Shown: piece by piece, positions 1 to 12,450 of the stretch
How positions within the stretch are numbered: position 1 is the stretch's first letter
Layout: each line of letters opens with the position of its first letter
NCBI GenBank assembly: GCA_013239625.1
Contig: MU053557.1
Coordinates: 1,867,063 to 1,931,062, forward strand
DNA: 64,000 nucleotides
Reading direction: 5' to 3'
Source: Lama guanicoe
Taxonomy: Eukaryota
The notes under the pieces: generated by a model
The model's database searches: none
Told to the model about the DNA's origin: nothing
What the model saw: the letters and a program-made list of their open reading frames with translations, nothing else
Position numbers and translations under genes: made by a program

Positions 1-1034
1 AGAACACTTGCATGACAAGATTGTTACCACCCATATCATCTCCTGCGCCTCTCCCAGAAAAGTAAAATGTGGGATTTACAAGCACTATGTGGGAGTTAAG
101 CAGAGTTCTTTTGGTTTCTGTTTGGAATACTGGGGAGGGGTTAGAGGCTGGAGGGGTGGCAGTCGGGGAGAACTGGTGATTGTTTCATTTTGATTTGGAG
201 AGACAGGAGCAAAAACTCCAAAAGACAGTTACACCCAGTGCAGCATAAAACACGCCTTCTCAATGGGGACAATTTGTTCTTGAGAGTAAAAAAAAGCTTA
301 TGCTTTTTACGTATAAAGCAAAGATATAATACAGGATATAAACAGATAATTGGTACATCTATGGTATTAAAATGTTTTGGGGGGTGGCAATTAGGGAGAA
401 AATGTCTACAAAGCATCCTTGGCTGGACAATGGAGAAAAGATGGAGCACCGCTGCCATAATGAATACCGTCCCCAACCTGGGGAGCACCTGCAGAGCCAC
501 GTCTGCCCCGGGGAACGTCCTGGTGCCCCTGTTTCCTGCTCTGAGGAGCCCTGAGGTTGGATTTGGCTGTTGCTGCAGAAATGTGTATGAATTCTTTCAC
601 GTGTCCCAGACCTCCATCAATCCCTCTTTTCCTTCAAATCTTCCTGTTTCCTTAATCAGTTTTTTGAACACGCTTGCTTACCCGGAGGCATGTTAAAACA
701 TGCATTTGGCATCCAGCATACTACTTGTCCAGGATGCTTTTTTTTAAACACTCTCAACCCATCTTCTGTTGGCCATCGCGGGTCAAAACTCTCCACTAGA
801 ACATGAAATCAGGGCAAAGAGGCAGAGACTATGGCACAGTCAAGAGATGGTGAGCACCCCGCAGACTGAGGAAAAGACCTGTATGGCATGTTCGCTAGTG
901 TGATGGGCCGAGAGTGTAGTATATGGAACACTCGCTCTTCTGCACAGACTTGAGAAAAATCCACAGTAATGGTACAATCCACTGCTATCATGGACAAAGA
1001 CAGATAGCTATCTCAAAAGCAAACTTTCAAGCAG

Positions 1035-1540
1035 TTTCTCAAAAAATTAAACATATAATTACCAAATAATCCACCTAAAGAACTGGAAGCTGAGATGTGA
1101 ACAGATGTTCAAACACCTGTGTTCACGGCGGCATTATCCACAAGAGCCAAAAGGCAGAAGCAACCCAAGTATCCACAGATGGGTGAAGAGATAAACAAAA
1201 CGTGGTACGTATATACAATAGAATACTACTCACCTTAAAAAGAAAGGGAATTCTGACATATGCTACCACATGGGTGAACCTTAAAACCATTTTGCTAACT
1301 GAAATAGGCCAGACACAAGAGCACAAATATTGTATAATTTCACTTACATGAAGTTTCTAAAGTAGTGAAATTCATAGAGACAAAAAAATGGAGTGGTGGT
1401 TCCCAGCAGCTGGGATGAGACAGGAATGGGGAGTGATTGTTTGACGGCTACAGAATTTGTTAAGATTCTGGAGACAAATGGCGATGATGGTTGCAATGAG
1501 CTGCACACTCAGAAATGGTTAAAATGGTATGTCTTATATA
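1035..1540 (+). mobile_element. Old L1 (L1MB-like) 3' end
   Basis: End-of-ORF2 and 3'UTR motifs (GAAGCAACCCAAGTATCCA, GGGAATTCTGACATATGCTAC). Confidence 0.8.
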
Positions 1541-2210
1541 ACGTGCTGTAGTTTTACTTCTGCTTCTTGACTAACGATTTTGGCAAGTCAAATAACATCA
1601 TGGGAACTCATGCTTCCTCTTGTCTAAGTCTCTGCTCCCCAAAACTGCAGATCATCACGTGTGCGGGAGCTTGTCCTCTCTTGTGCCCCCAAGACTATGA
1701 GTCAGAAAGTCCTGTGGGCAACGCTTGACTCTGGATGTGATCAGCAGCCCAGGAAGGGAAGGTCAGTTCCACTCTGAGACTCCATGATTCCCAGAACTTT
1801 CCAACTAATGAGTGACATTTTCTGTTTAATCCTTTCTTATGTCACCAACCACACCAGTCCCAACATCATCTCCACATGGATGTGTTTTTCCCAAGGTACA
1901 ACAGACACAGAACATTCTATCAGTTTCAGGTATGCAACATAATGATTCCATATTTGTATATATTGTGAAATGATCATCAGAGTAAGTCTAGTTAACGTCC
2001 TCAAATTGCAAGGCCCCCAAAGAGAAGAGAGAAAAGCAACTGAACAAGCCCCCAGAGGCACAAAAACCAAAGCAACCTCGCTAGATATGGATGTGGGGGT
2101 CCATATCTACGGCACGGTTTTAATTTATACACACAGAGATATAAACTTTGTGAGCACCTAGTTTTTCTTCTTCTGGAAGAAAAACAGATATCAGATCCCA
2201 CCTTTACCAC

Positions 2211-2801
2211 TGTTACCATGGCTGTTAGCCTCTATCTCTAACCCTCCCTCTTCCTTGAAGGAACTTAAACTGCTGGAAAGTGTTATCTTTGTCTTATAGG
2301 AAACCACCAGAAGCGAAAAACAAGAGGCCACCAGAATTGGTTAGAAATAGCCAAATCCAAGATGGTGGAAGATCTGCCATCCAGTAGATGCTGAGCTTCA
2401 TTATACACCCACTGTAACACACTGGCATGCTAAATGCCACACCCACCCATGCCATGAGTGGAAGTATCAACCATAAAAGGAAGAAAAAAGGGCAGCATCC
2501 TAGTTCCAGGAAGAACCCTGCCTTTTCCCAGAAAACCAATGCACATTCTCCCTACCTCACTAACTTTAACCTTAAAAACCTTGCCTTCATCATCCCTTAC
2601 CCCTAGAAGTTGATGCGCGAACTAAGTTCCCACTTCTCCATTCTCTGGCCACTGAATAAAGCTTCTGCTGTTTCAGTCCCAGCATTGGTTTCATTACTGG
2701 CCATGGGAATTCGAAAGGAAAAAGAACATTCCCTGCCAAGGGAGGGGGCTTCAGCCTGGCTAGGGTCTAAGTGAGGGGTCCATATGACCAATTCAATAAC
2801 A
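2211..2801 (+). mobile_element. Solo LTR (ERV1-like)
   Basis: Inverted termini TGTTA...TAACA, 4-bp TSD CCAC on both sides, AATAAA near 2655. Confidence 0.8.
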
Positions 2802-3848
2802 CCACCACTAAAGAGCCTCGGGGGTAAGTTTCTAAAGTGAAAAGGGCCACCTACAGCATGCTAATGATGACTTCCACAGAAGCCATTTATGCAGGCTCAG
2901 TTTTGAAGGTTTATCAGAAGTCAGGCTGATACTGGGAAACACCACTTGGATAAAAGGTAAAAAGACACTTAAATATGAGTGGTTTCTAAAATTGAAAAGC
3001 TAATTAAACTAAGCCTTTTTTTTTTAAAGTCAGGAAAGACAAACGCCAGCAGGAAGAATATATTCTTACTTCTCAGCATAATAGGTAGGAATTCCGAGGA
3101 ATCATTTGGGTTCCTCATTTCAAAAATTTAAAGTCACTCGATGATTTCCAGATAACAGTCATTAGAAACCAACTGTGGATCTCGCTGTGCATTCTAACTC
3201 CTTTTCACTCATTTCCTCGTAAAAGTACTGAGTGCTGCCCAAGGTACGACAGCCAGGGAGAACTGGGACATGGCAGCAAAGTTATTTTTCTCATCAGCCC
3301 TATTGTTTTCCGAGTGCAACTTGCAGAACATGAGGTTTTTTACAAATGCATATTTTGCAAGATAGCAGAAAATCCTGAATAATGTCTGAGTAAGTAACAG
3401 TCGCATCAGACCTTCCAGAAGCTCAACTACCCTCTTCAAGCCCAGGTTTAAACAGGCTAGGCCAGTCTGACTACACGCTCACCAGGGTCAGGAACATATC
3501 ACTAATCTTGACAGTTTGTCTTTGTAGCACAGTACAGTACCAAATACTCATTCATCACCCTCAGCTTCCCAGACTAACACGCGGTGGTCCAGGTTCATTC
3601 CTGAACCTAGATCTGCCAAACGAGAACAAAGGTCCATTACTCGTAACATCTCTGGGTCATAATAGTAGTTCTTTAGCCCAGCCGTTAAGCCTGTCCCACA
3701 AAACAAAACCAGGTAACATATGCATCAGTCCTGAGTAAACCCTGGAAATGACTGCTTATGCTCCTCATCACAATTAGTAACAAAAATAATGACAATCACA
3801 TAATTTTTACATATGTCAAAAAAATAAAATAATTTAAAAACATTTTGG

Positions 3849-3954
3849 TGAATATATGTATGTATATGCAAGTCTGGGACATTGTGCTGAACACCAGAAA
3901 TTGATATACTGTAACTGACTGCACTTCAATAAAATTAATGAATCAATTAATTAA
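3849..3954 (+). mobile_element. Very short L1 3'-terminal stub
   Basis: ACACCAGAAATTGA...ACTTCAATAAAA tail; perfect 15-bp TSD TTAAAAACATTTTGG at 3834-3848 and 3955-3969. Confidence 0.85.
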
Positions 3955-4659
3955 TTAAAAACATTTTGGAAGACCTGCAATAGGCATATAAAGGTGCGTA
4001 AGGAATGGACTTTCCTAGGCAAGAAAATAGGATATATCAACCTCATATGCAATGCTATGTAAGACAGATGAAAAACAGAACGGTTCTACTTAAAACAGGG
4101 TAATACAGGAGCTCTGAACTCCAAGGTGTCCTGTGAATAGCATTCATGGAAGCCTAGGCTCCCACAAGTATAGAGTCTGAAAGCCACGATGAAGGACAAC
4201 TAGGAGCTCCAGATCTCCGTGTGTTCCCCATCCATATCAGGACAGCAATAACAGCTATTTACAGGCCTTGTGAGGATTAAATGAGCTAATGATTAAAAAT
4301 TCTTTTTAGTGAGTAGCACATGGTAAGCAGTCAATAAACATTAGCTACTATTATCTTTTTTTATTAAGTAGCTGTCATCATATTGCATATACTGTAAACA
4401 TAATTATTCATTCAGATTATTTCTCTTCATTAGATAATAAATCTTCTCCATATTATCACATATTCTTCACTGGCATATTTTTAACTTAATGGGCCACAAA
4501 TGGCACTTTAGCTTTACTTTGATTTGGATTTATATAATAATTAGTGAAGCTAATTATATTTGTACATATTTGTTTACTAACATTGTTATGTCTATTCATG
4601 AGCCTTGTTCAAGAATCCAATGGGAATCTCCATGGCTTCTTAAAATTAATGTTGGTTCA

Positions 4660-4833
<174 letters not shown>

Positions 4834-5024
4834 TTAAATTACAGGAATTTCCAGCAGCGTAATTTCCACTTAGAATCAACACACACAAAAAAAATCCACA
4901 GTAACTCAGTAATTGCCTGTTACAACAAAAGGTTTTGTTAAAAGAAGACTTACAGTTTATATAAGTAACAGCCTTATTCAAATTAAAGAATGTTCATTTC
5001 AAGTTGCTAAGAAAGTACATTTTA

Positions 5025-5159
5025 GGGGGGAGGGTATAGCTCAGTGGAAGAGTATATGGTTAGCATGCATGAGGTCATGGGTTCCATCCTCAGTATCTCC
5101 ATTAAATAAATAATAGTAATAATAAAAACCTAACTACCTCCCCTTATAAAACAAAAAAC
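5025..5159 (+). mobile_element. tRNA-derived SINE (Vic-1-like) inserted in an old L1 3' end
   Basis: GGGGAGGGTATAGCTCAGTGG head with A and B boxes, A-rich tail, TSD GAAAGTA(C/G)ATTTTA. Confidence 0.88.
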
Positions 5160-5498
5160 GAAAGTAGATTTTAAAAGTTCTCACCACACACAAAATAACC
5201 GTAACTATGTGAGGTAATGGATGTGTTAACTAACCTTATGGTGGTAATTATTTTGCAATATGTACATATATCAAATCATTACATTGTACACCTTGAACTT
5301 ACACAATATCACATGCCAATTACATTTCAATAAAGCGGGAAAGAAGAGAAAATATATGGATGCATCATTCTAACTATAAAAACTGCAGAGCATAGAATCT
5401 CTAGTCATACCCGACTAATAAGTACGTGATCAAACTGATAGTCAGGATAGTCAATGATGTCTACTTGACCCACAATAAGTAAATTTAACTGATTCTAA

Positions 5499-5540
5499 GT
5501 ATATATATATATATATATATACTATATATATATATATATA
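5499..5540. repeat. (TA)n microsatellite
   Basis: Read directly. Confidence 0.9.
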
Positions 5541-5944
5541 CACTTGTTCCATGCTGCAAAATGTCTTGTTAAAACTGAGTCTGAGACAATTACCAGGGTA
5601 TGACCTCAGGTAAATTACTTAGATTCTCTTAACTCAGTACCTCACCTGTAAATTGGGAATAATTACAGTTTCTTCCTTTTACAACTACTGTCAGAATTCA
5701 GTGAATTAATACATATAACAGAAACACGAACAGTTCCTGACACACCATAAGGAATTTATTAAATGTTAGCCACTATTACTAAAGAGAGACAGACAGAGAC
5801 AGAGACAGGAAATAACCCTGAAATGACTTCTTCAATCCTTGATCAGAAAGGGAGGTGAGGCAGATTATATGTGTCATTAAACTATTTAAAGTTCTACCAA
5901 TATTAATTATCTCCATTTCACAAAACAGATTTGAATAACACTTG

Positions 5945-6190
5945 AGAATGATGTAGAAAGATGGCAGAATAGGAAGCCTCACGCCCTCATTCCTCCATGG
6001 AGACCCCAACTTAACAACAACATATGGACAAGGTTGCCTTTGGGAGAAGTCCATAAACCAGTTAAGAGACTGCAGCACCCCAGGGAAGTAAAAGCAGAGC
6101 CACATCAAAGTGAATAGGAAAGTCTGTTGCCATAGCCCCTATCCACCCAGCAAATGGAGGCAAAGCCCTCCACCAGAGAAAAACCACAGG
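5945..6190 (+). mobile_element. Possible old L1 5'UTR fragment
   Basis: AAGATGGCAGAATAGGA (YY1-type L1 start) followed by L1M-like 5' sequence. Confidence 0.5.
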
Positions 6191-6491
6191 AACTCAGGCA
6201 GGAAGATGTGAAGGAACAGAGCCACATGTTGCCTGAAAATGCCCAAAATTAAGTAAGGGGCTTGGTAAAATTTTTCCCTTAAAAATGACCAGAGCATAAT
6301 GTGGGTGTGGGAGATGTTAGGAGATAAGGCTGGAAGGACAGATGGAGACCAGACTACAAATGGTCTTCCCAGGGTGAGGAGTTTAGACTTCATCATGAAG
6401 GCAAGGACTTCTCATCTAAGGCGACCGCGTAACAGGTACAAATTAACAATTACATGTGCATCATTGACTAAAAGGTTTGTTGCCATTCTTT

Positions 6492-6651
6492 GGGGGAGGG
6501 TATAGCTCAGTGGTAGAGTGCATGCTTAGCAATGCACAAGGTCCTGGGTTCAATCCCCAGTACCTTCACTAAAAAATAAAATAAAATTTAAAATTAATTT
6601 AAAAATACACAAAGAAACCTAACTACCTCCCCCCGCCAAAACAAAAACAGA
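6492..6651 (+). mobile_element. tRNA-derived SINE (Vic-1-like)
   Basis: tRNA-Ala-like head, ACCTAACTACCTCCCCCC tail block; TSD AAAAGG(T/C)TTGTTGCCATTC at 6470-6488 and 6652-6670. Confidence 0.9.
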
Positions 6652-8334
6652 AAAAGGCTTGTTGCCATTCCTTAATACTTCTAGACAACCTCTTATCCCC
6701 CATTTTCAGAACAGTGTTTACACTCAATGACTTCAATGAGTATTTGTTAAATGAATAAATTAATTAATATCAAGTTTCTTTACAATCAAAAATATCCAAC
6801 AACAACAAAAACTTTCCCCCTACCTTCTTACATTTCTATGGAAAAGAAAAGGGAACCACATCTCCCATATGTGTGTTTGGGTGTATGTGTACATGTATAT
6901 ACAAGCACACTCACCAACACTACAAAATATATTGAGAAAATTATGAAACCAGAAAGCTGTGATTTTGGTAAAAAGAGTTATTACAGCCTCTTACTTACAC
7001 ATGCTCTCTAATGCTCTAACACCAGTAGTCTCCACATTTAGGTCATGTACACAGTAAAAGGAAGCCTTCAGAACACCTCTCTCTCTCCCTCCTCATCTCT
7101 TCCCTTCTTCCTCCTTCTCTCTCACTCTCTCACACACACACTCACACACTCACACACAGAGTTATCCTAGCCAATCTGGCATAAATAGTCTAGGCAAACA
7201 GTCAGTCTAGGAAAAGCAGCTTCCACCTCTTAGATTTAAGCCTATTTAAAATGATTTGCTCATGTAAGACTATATCCTAGTGACACTAATCTTTCCTGTC
7301 TTTGTTCCAGATTAGTCAGAGTGGAATTTTACAGTGATTTTAATATTTAGAAATGAAAAGTTGAGCAGTCTCACACCCTTGGGAGAGATGCACTCTTCAG
7401 TCCTCAAGGCAAATGTAGGTGAGGGATTAATAAAAGTCTCGCTTACTTCATACTCTTAACGAATATTTCCTTTTGCCACATTTGGGAGAAGTAAGTGCTC
7501 AGAATAGCACTCTCAGGCTTTGCCCACATATCAGAGAATAGCAGGGCAGGAAGGCAGGGTCATGCCCTTGCCATGAATGAGATGAGAGTGTATCCTATTA
7601 TATTTTAAGGCTGCCAGATGAAGGAAATGCTGTACTTTCTCTCAATAACTCCTTGGCAAAGCACATCAGACAGTTTCTTCTTAATACACATAGCTAACCT
7701 AAATCCCTTAGGCTAGATAAGCCTTCACTTAAGTTCCTGTGCAAAACACAGCAGCTTACACAATGATATATGGTTCAATTTCAACTTTTTAAAAAAAAGA
7801 AAGAGAGAGAAAAAGATAAGATGGATGGATGGACAGATGGACAAATGGACAGAGCTGAAATACAAACAGACCCCCTGGGTATTTGAATTATAGGTGTTAA
7901 TTATTTATTTTCTTCTTCTTTTACTAATGTTCTGAAATAAATATGTGCTACTTGGTAATCACCAAAAAAATACAAATATATCCTTGCGGGTCATTTTTAT
8001 ATAAATAAAAAGTTATTCTTTAAAAGGTTCTGTGCTACCAACAACCATTTTCAGCAAAGGTACAAGCTAACTTCTGCCTTTCATTTAAAGTCCCATTAAA
8101 TCACCTCTTGGCTTTCCTTTTCCCACACGATGTAACTCCAGTTCTTTGTGCCTTCTGTCCTAAGACTTTCTCCTGCCCCCAAGCTTTAAGTGTTCCATGT
8201 TCCACTCAAAAGAGATAAAGATGATTCAAGTTTTCCTATATCTGTCTTATCTGTTAAGCCTAAAGGTATGATTGCATCCATTTATGATATTATACACTCA
8301 GGGTCACATTTACTCTTCAAAAAGCTGTACAGTA

Positions 8335-9239
8335 GGCACATGAAAAGAGGCTCAAGATTGCTAATTATTAGAGAAATGCAAATCAAAACTACAGTGAGGT
8401 ACCTCTTCACACCAGTCAGAACAACTGTCATCAAAAAGTCTACAAATAATAAATACTGGAGAGGCTGTGGAGAAAAAGGAACCCTCCTACACTGTTAGTG
8501 AGGCTGTAAACTGGTGCAGCCACTATGGAAAATAGCATGAAGGTTCCTGGAAAAACTAAAAATAAAGCTACCATATGATCCAGCAATCCCACTCCTAGGT
8601 ATAAATCCAGAAAAGACAAAAACTCTAATTCGAAAAGGTACGTGCACCCCAATGTTTACAGCAGCACTATTTATAATAGCAAAGACATGGAAGCAACCTA
8701 AATGTCAACAGATGAATGAATAAAAAGATGTGAATGAATGAATAAAAAGATATATATATTATATATATATATATATACACACACACAAATATTACTCAGC
8801 CATTAAAAAAAATAAAGAATGAAATAGTGCCATTTGCAGCAACATGGATGCACCTAGAGATTATCATACTAAGTGAAGTAAGTCAGACAGGGAAAGGCAA
8901 GTATCATAAGATATCACTTATATGTGGAATCTAAAAAAATGATACAAGTGAATTTACAAAACAGAAACAAAATCACAGACATAGAAAACAAACTTATGGC
9001 TACCAAAGGGGAAAGAGGGGGAAGGGATAAATTAGGAGTTTGGGATTAACAGATACACACTACTACATATAAAACTGATAAACAATAAGGATGTACTGTA
9101 TAGCGCAGGGAACTACATTCAGTATCTTGTGATAACCCATAATGGAAAAGAATGTGAAAAAGAGTACATATGTGTATATATAACTGAGTCACTTTTCTGT
9201 ACACCAGAAACACTGTAAATCAACAATACTTCAATTTTT
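8335..9239 (+). mobile_element. 5'-truncated L1 (ORF2 C-terminus and 3'UTR)
   Basis: [13 protein letters not shown]...[11 protein letters not shown] motif; degenerate TSD AAAA(G/A)CTGTA(C/T)AGTA. Confidence 0.9.
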
Positions 9240-12200
9240 AAAAACTGTATAGTAACAGTGTATATTATGTATCAGACGCTGTATTATCTTCTGAGGTTGT
9301 TACTTTTAAAATGTTTTTTCTTTTACATGTGAGGAAACTGGAGAAGAGAAGTAACAACTTGCCCAAGGTCCTACAGCTTGATGCCATGCAGATTCACACC
9401 TACTGCCTCAAAACCCTAGCCCTGCTCCTGTCTCAGTGAAGGACACAACCATCACCCTCACCCATGAGATGAGAAAGCTTAGCAACGTGTTACATGGTTC
9501 CTTTTCTAATCCGAAACCAGGCTGTTTATTTTACTTCCAATGTCCCCCGATAGTCCGTGTCATTTTCTCCGGTGCTGCTGCGGCTACTGCCTGGGTTCAG
9601 CACGGCACTCTCTCTCTCTAGGACCGCCACATCTGCCTCCCAGTAGGGTCCTGGCCTCCAGGGTGGACTCCCCCTAATCCACACAATCCCCACTCAGCTT
9701 CCTAAACACACTCTGATCTTGTCTCTGTTTACGAAGGCACAAATAAAGCCTGCCTGCTCAGTAGAGGCTCACCCATACTGTTGCACGTAGCTGTTGTTTG
9801 TTCATTTTCATTGCTGCATACCGTTCTATTGCTTGAAAACACTCCAAATTATTTATCCACTTTACTGAAGATGGATATTTAATATGGACTCAGTTTGGGG
9901 CTATTATCAGTAGTGCTATAGAGAAAATATTTATTATGCATCCAGCTACATATGTGCACATGTGCATGAGTGTCTCTAGAGTGTCTAGCAGCTGAATATT
10001 TGGGTCATGGGACATGCAGTTTCAACTTTAATTTTTTTTAAAAATGCCAAATTTTTCTGAATGGTTGTACCTGCATTTTTTTTCCTTCATTGCACCAATT
10101 CCAATTGCAATGATTAGCACATGGTAGGGAATCAATAATGAATTAGGAACAGAAGGATGGGGAGAAGGAGGGAAGGGAGAGAAGAGATGGGAAGAAGCAA
10201 AAGAAGGGGAGACTTATAGTACATCTCAATATTTTTGTCAGGGAAATGGAACCAAATGTCTCAGGAGTACCACCTGCTAGCATCAGAAAGGGGCAGCCTT
10301 CACCTGGCTGCAGGGTAAGCCACCACACCATCTGGAAAACGATGCTCAAAGAGGAGGCTCACTCCCTCACAGGGTGCCTGTGTCTGAGTCACATCTATCG
10401 CTGAGTGCACAGATGGACAGCATTCAACACAGAACACAATGGAATCAGGACAGAGACAGCACAGCTCAAATCTAGGAACACCTCTGTGAAAGGGAATGAC
10501 AGTTTATACATCAGTCTCCTGCTCTGGGGTCATTTGACGATGTGTTTCCTTCTGGATTGGAGAAAATACAAAAGTTCAGAGAAAACACGGATCAGGAATT
10601 AATCCCCAGAGTGCACAGCCACCAAGTCTGAACCCTCCAAACAACAGTTTCCAGGAAAGCAAAAGCTCTTAATGAGATCCTGTCCTTGAATTATTGACTG
10701 GCCGGCTATGGCAAATCTAGCCTAATTGTTTTCACGATGGGAATTTAATTAAAGTGTCTTTGAGGAGGAAAAAAGGTTCCACAGATATGTCTGTTGAGAT
10801 GACATCCCAGTTCTAATCGTGATGCTGTCAGCATTCTCCTGTAACCACCCAGAGAGGTGGTGGCCCAAGGGACAGGCAGGGTCTGCAGGGCCCTCCTGAC
10901 CTCCTGGGCCCAACACAGCTGCGGAGGTGCCCAGCCCGTGTGTGCACTCCAGCACGCCAAAACGTGCCACCCCTCCCACCCCATCCCGCCAAACCCACCT
11001 TGAGAACTGTGCTTCCTCAGAGACCCAATTCAATTTACAGGGTTCTCAATAAGTGCTAAGCAGTTTTTAGCCTTAACACAAACATACAGAATTACATATA
11101 TTTTTACATTTATTTATATATATTTTTATACAGGATATGGATTAAGCGTGCCAGATGACTTGGACTCATCTCCTCTCTAACACGAAATGGGGACCGGCCC
11201 ATGTAGGCAAGTTCCTGGAGCCCAGTCTCTTCTGTAAGATGGGGTTAATCACACCTATTTCCAAGACTGTTCCAAAGGCGAATTAAGGTAATATGTGTAC
11301 AGCACTCAAGGTAAGCATTCAATAAATGTTAGTTAATAACACTAACACTGGTGGTAGTAATAATACTGCTACTTCCTATTACCACCATTACTATTCCCAT
11401 TTGCAGAAAGAGAAAAACAGCGTCTGAGATGTTACATGCCCATAGAAGAAATCCAGCTCCAGTAAACTCCAAAATCTCTCTACTTCACTAGCATCCAGGT
11501 GGCACTCGATTGCCATCAACCACTTGGCAATGAGTCCCTCCCTCCCCACACCAGCATTCGAAGCCCTTGGAGCTCTAGAACCCCTGTCTTCCCAGCCTTC
11601 TCTCCACGCTGCCATCACACACCAGCACACTGGCCACGGAGACCAAACACCCCGTCAGCCTCTCCAACTTCCGCTCCTAAAGCCCAACCCCTCCGAGCTG
11701 CTCTCTTTTAATCCATCCCAGGAATCGACGCATTGCTGTCTAAACGATTAACCATGAGCAGCAGAGGGCAGTAAGTAAATGGTGGACTCTCAGGAGCCCG
11801 GCAGCCTAGTGTGAGCATACTTTGTAGGTATATATTACAGGGTAACTCCATCTCTTAAAACAAAGTATTTGAGAATTGATAATCAATAGTAACAGATAAT
11901 TCTAAATAGCCTATTGTGGTGAAGCACTCTGTATGAAGTCTTTTAAACACACACATTTTAGTTAATTCTCACCATCTATCTTAAGAGGTAGATAACACTA
12001 ACCCCATTTTACAGATGAAAAAACTGAAGGTTCAAAGAGGCAAGTTTGCTAAGGTTACACAAAAATAAGTGGGAGGGGCACTATTTGAATCCACACAGTT
12101 AACCTCAGCTCCTACGTCACTTCCCACAACCCTGCCATTAGAAAACTGCCAACTCAGCGCCAGTTTACTGACATCCTGAGTGGTGGACAAAGCTTTAAAA

Positions 12201-12274
12201 TACACAGCAGTTCACAACTGGCCCAACTGGAGGCCTCCCCTGGGGTGAGAAGCCCACTAGCTCGTGCATCTCAT

Positions 12275-12450
12275 CAAGGCTGGCTTCGAGGATGTGCGAT
12301 CTCTGGTGTGGCACAGGTTCAGGTATCAGCAGGGCTACACATTTAGCTGAACGCTCTGCTGTCACTGTTTTGAAATTTTTAACCATTTTCAAACAAGGGA
12401 TTCTGCATTTTCATGTTGCACTGGCTTCTGCAAATTACGTAGCTGCTCCT
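12275..12450 (+). mobile_element. MER91A-like hAT relic
   Basis: GCTCTGCTGTCACTGTTTTGAAATT...TGCATTTTCATGTTGCACTGG...GCAAATTACGTAGC matches the recalled consensus. Confidence 0.65.

Noticed and set aside
6492..6570. tRNA-Ala(AGC)-like sequences (also at 5025, 22911, 31010, 33231, 51890)
   Set aside because: They have A-rich tails, TSDs and stem-breaking changes, so they are SINE heads rather than tRNA genes.
8711..8750. Small local duplication GAATGAATAAAAAGA (a similar one near 63815-63852)
   Set aside because: Ordinary slippage within repeats.
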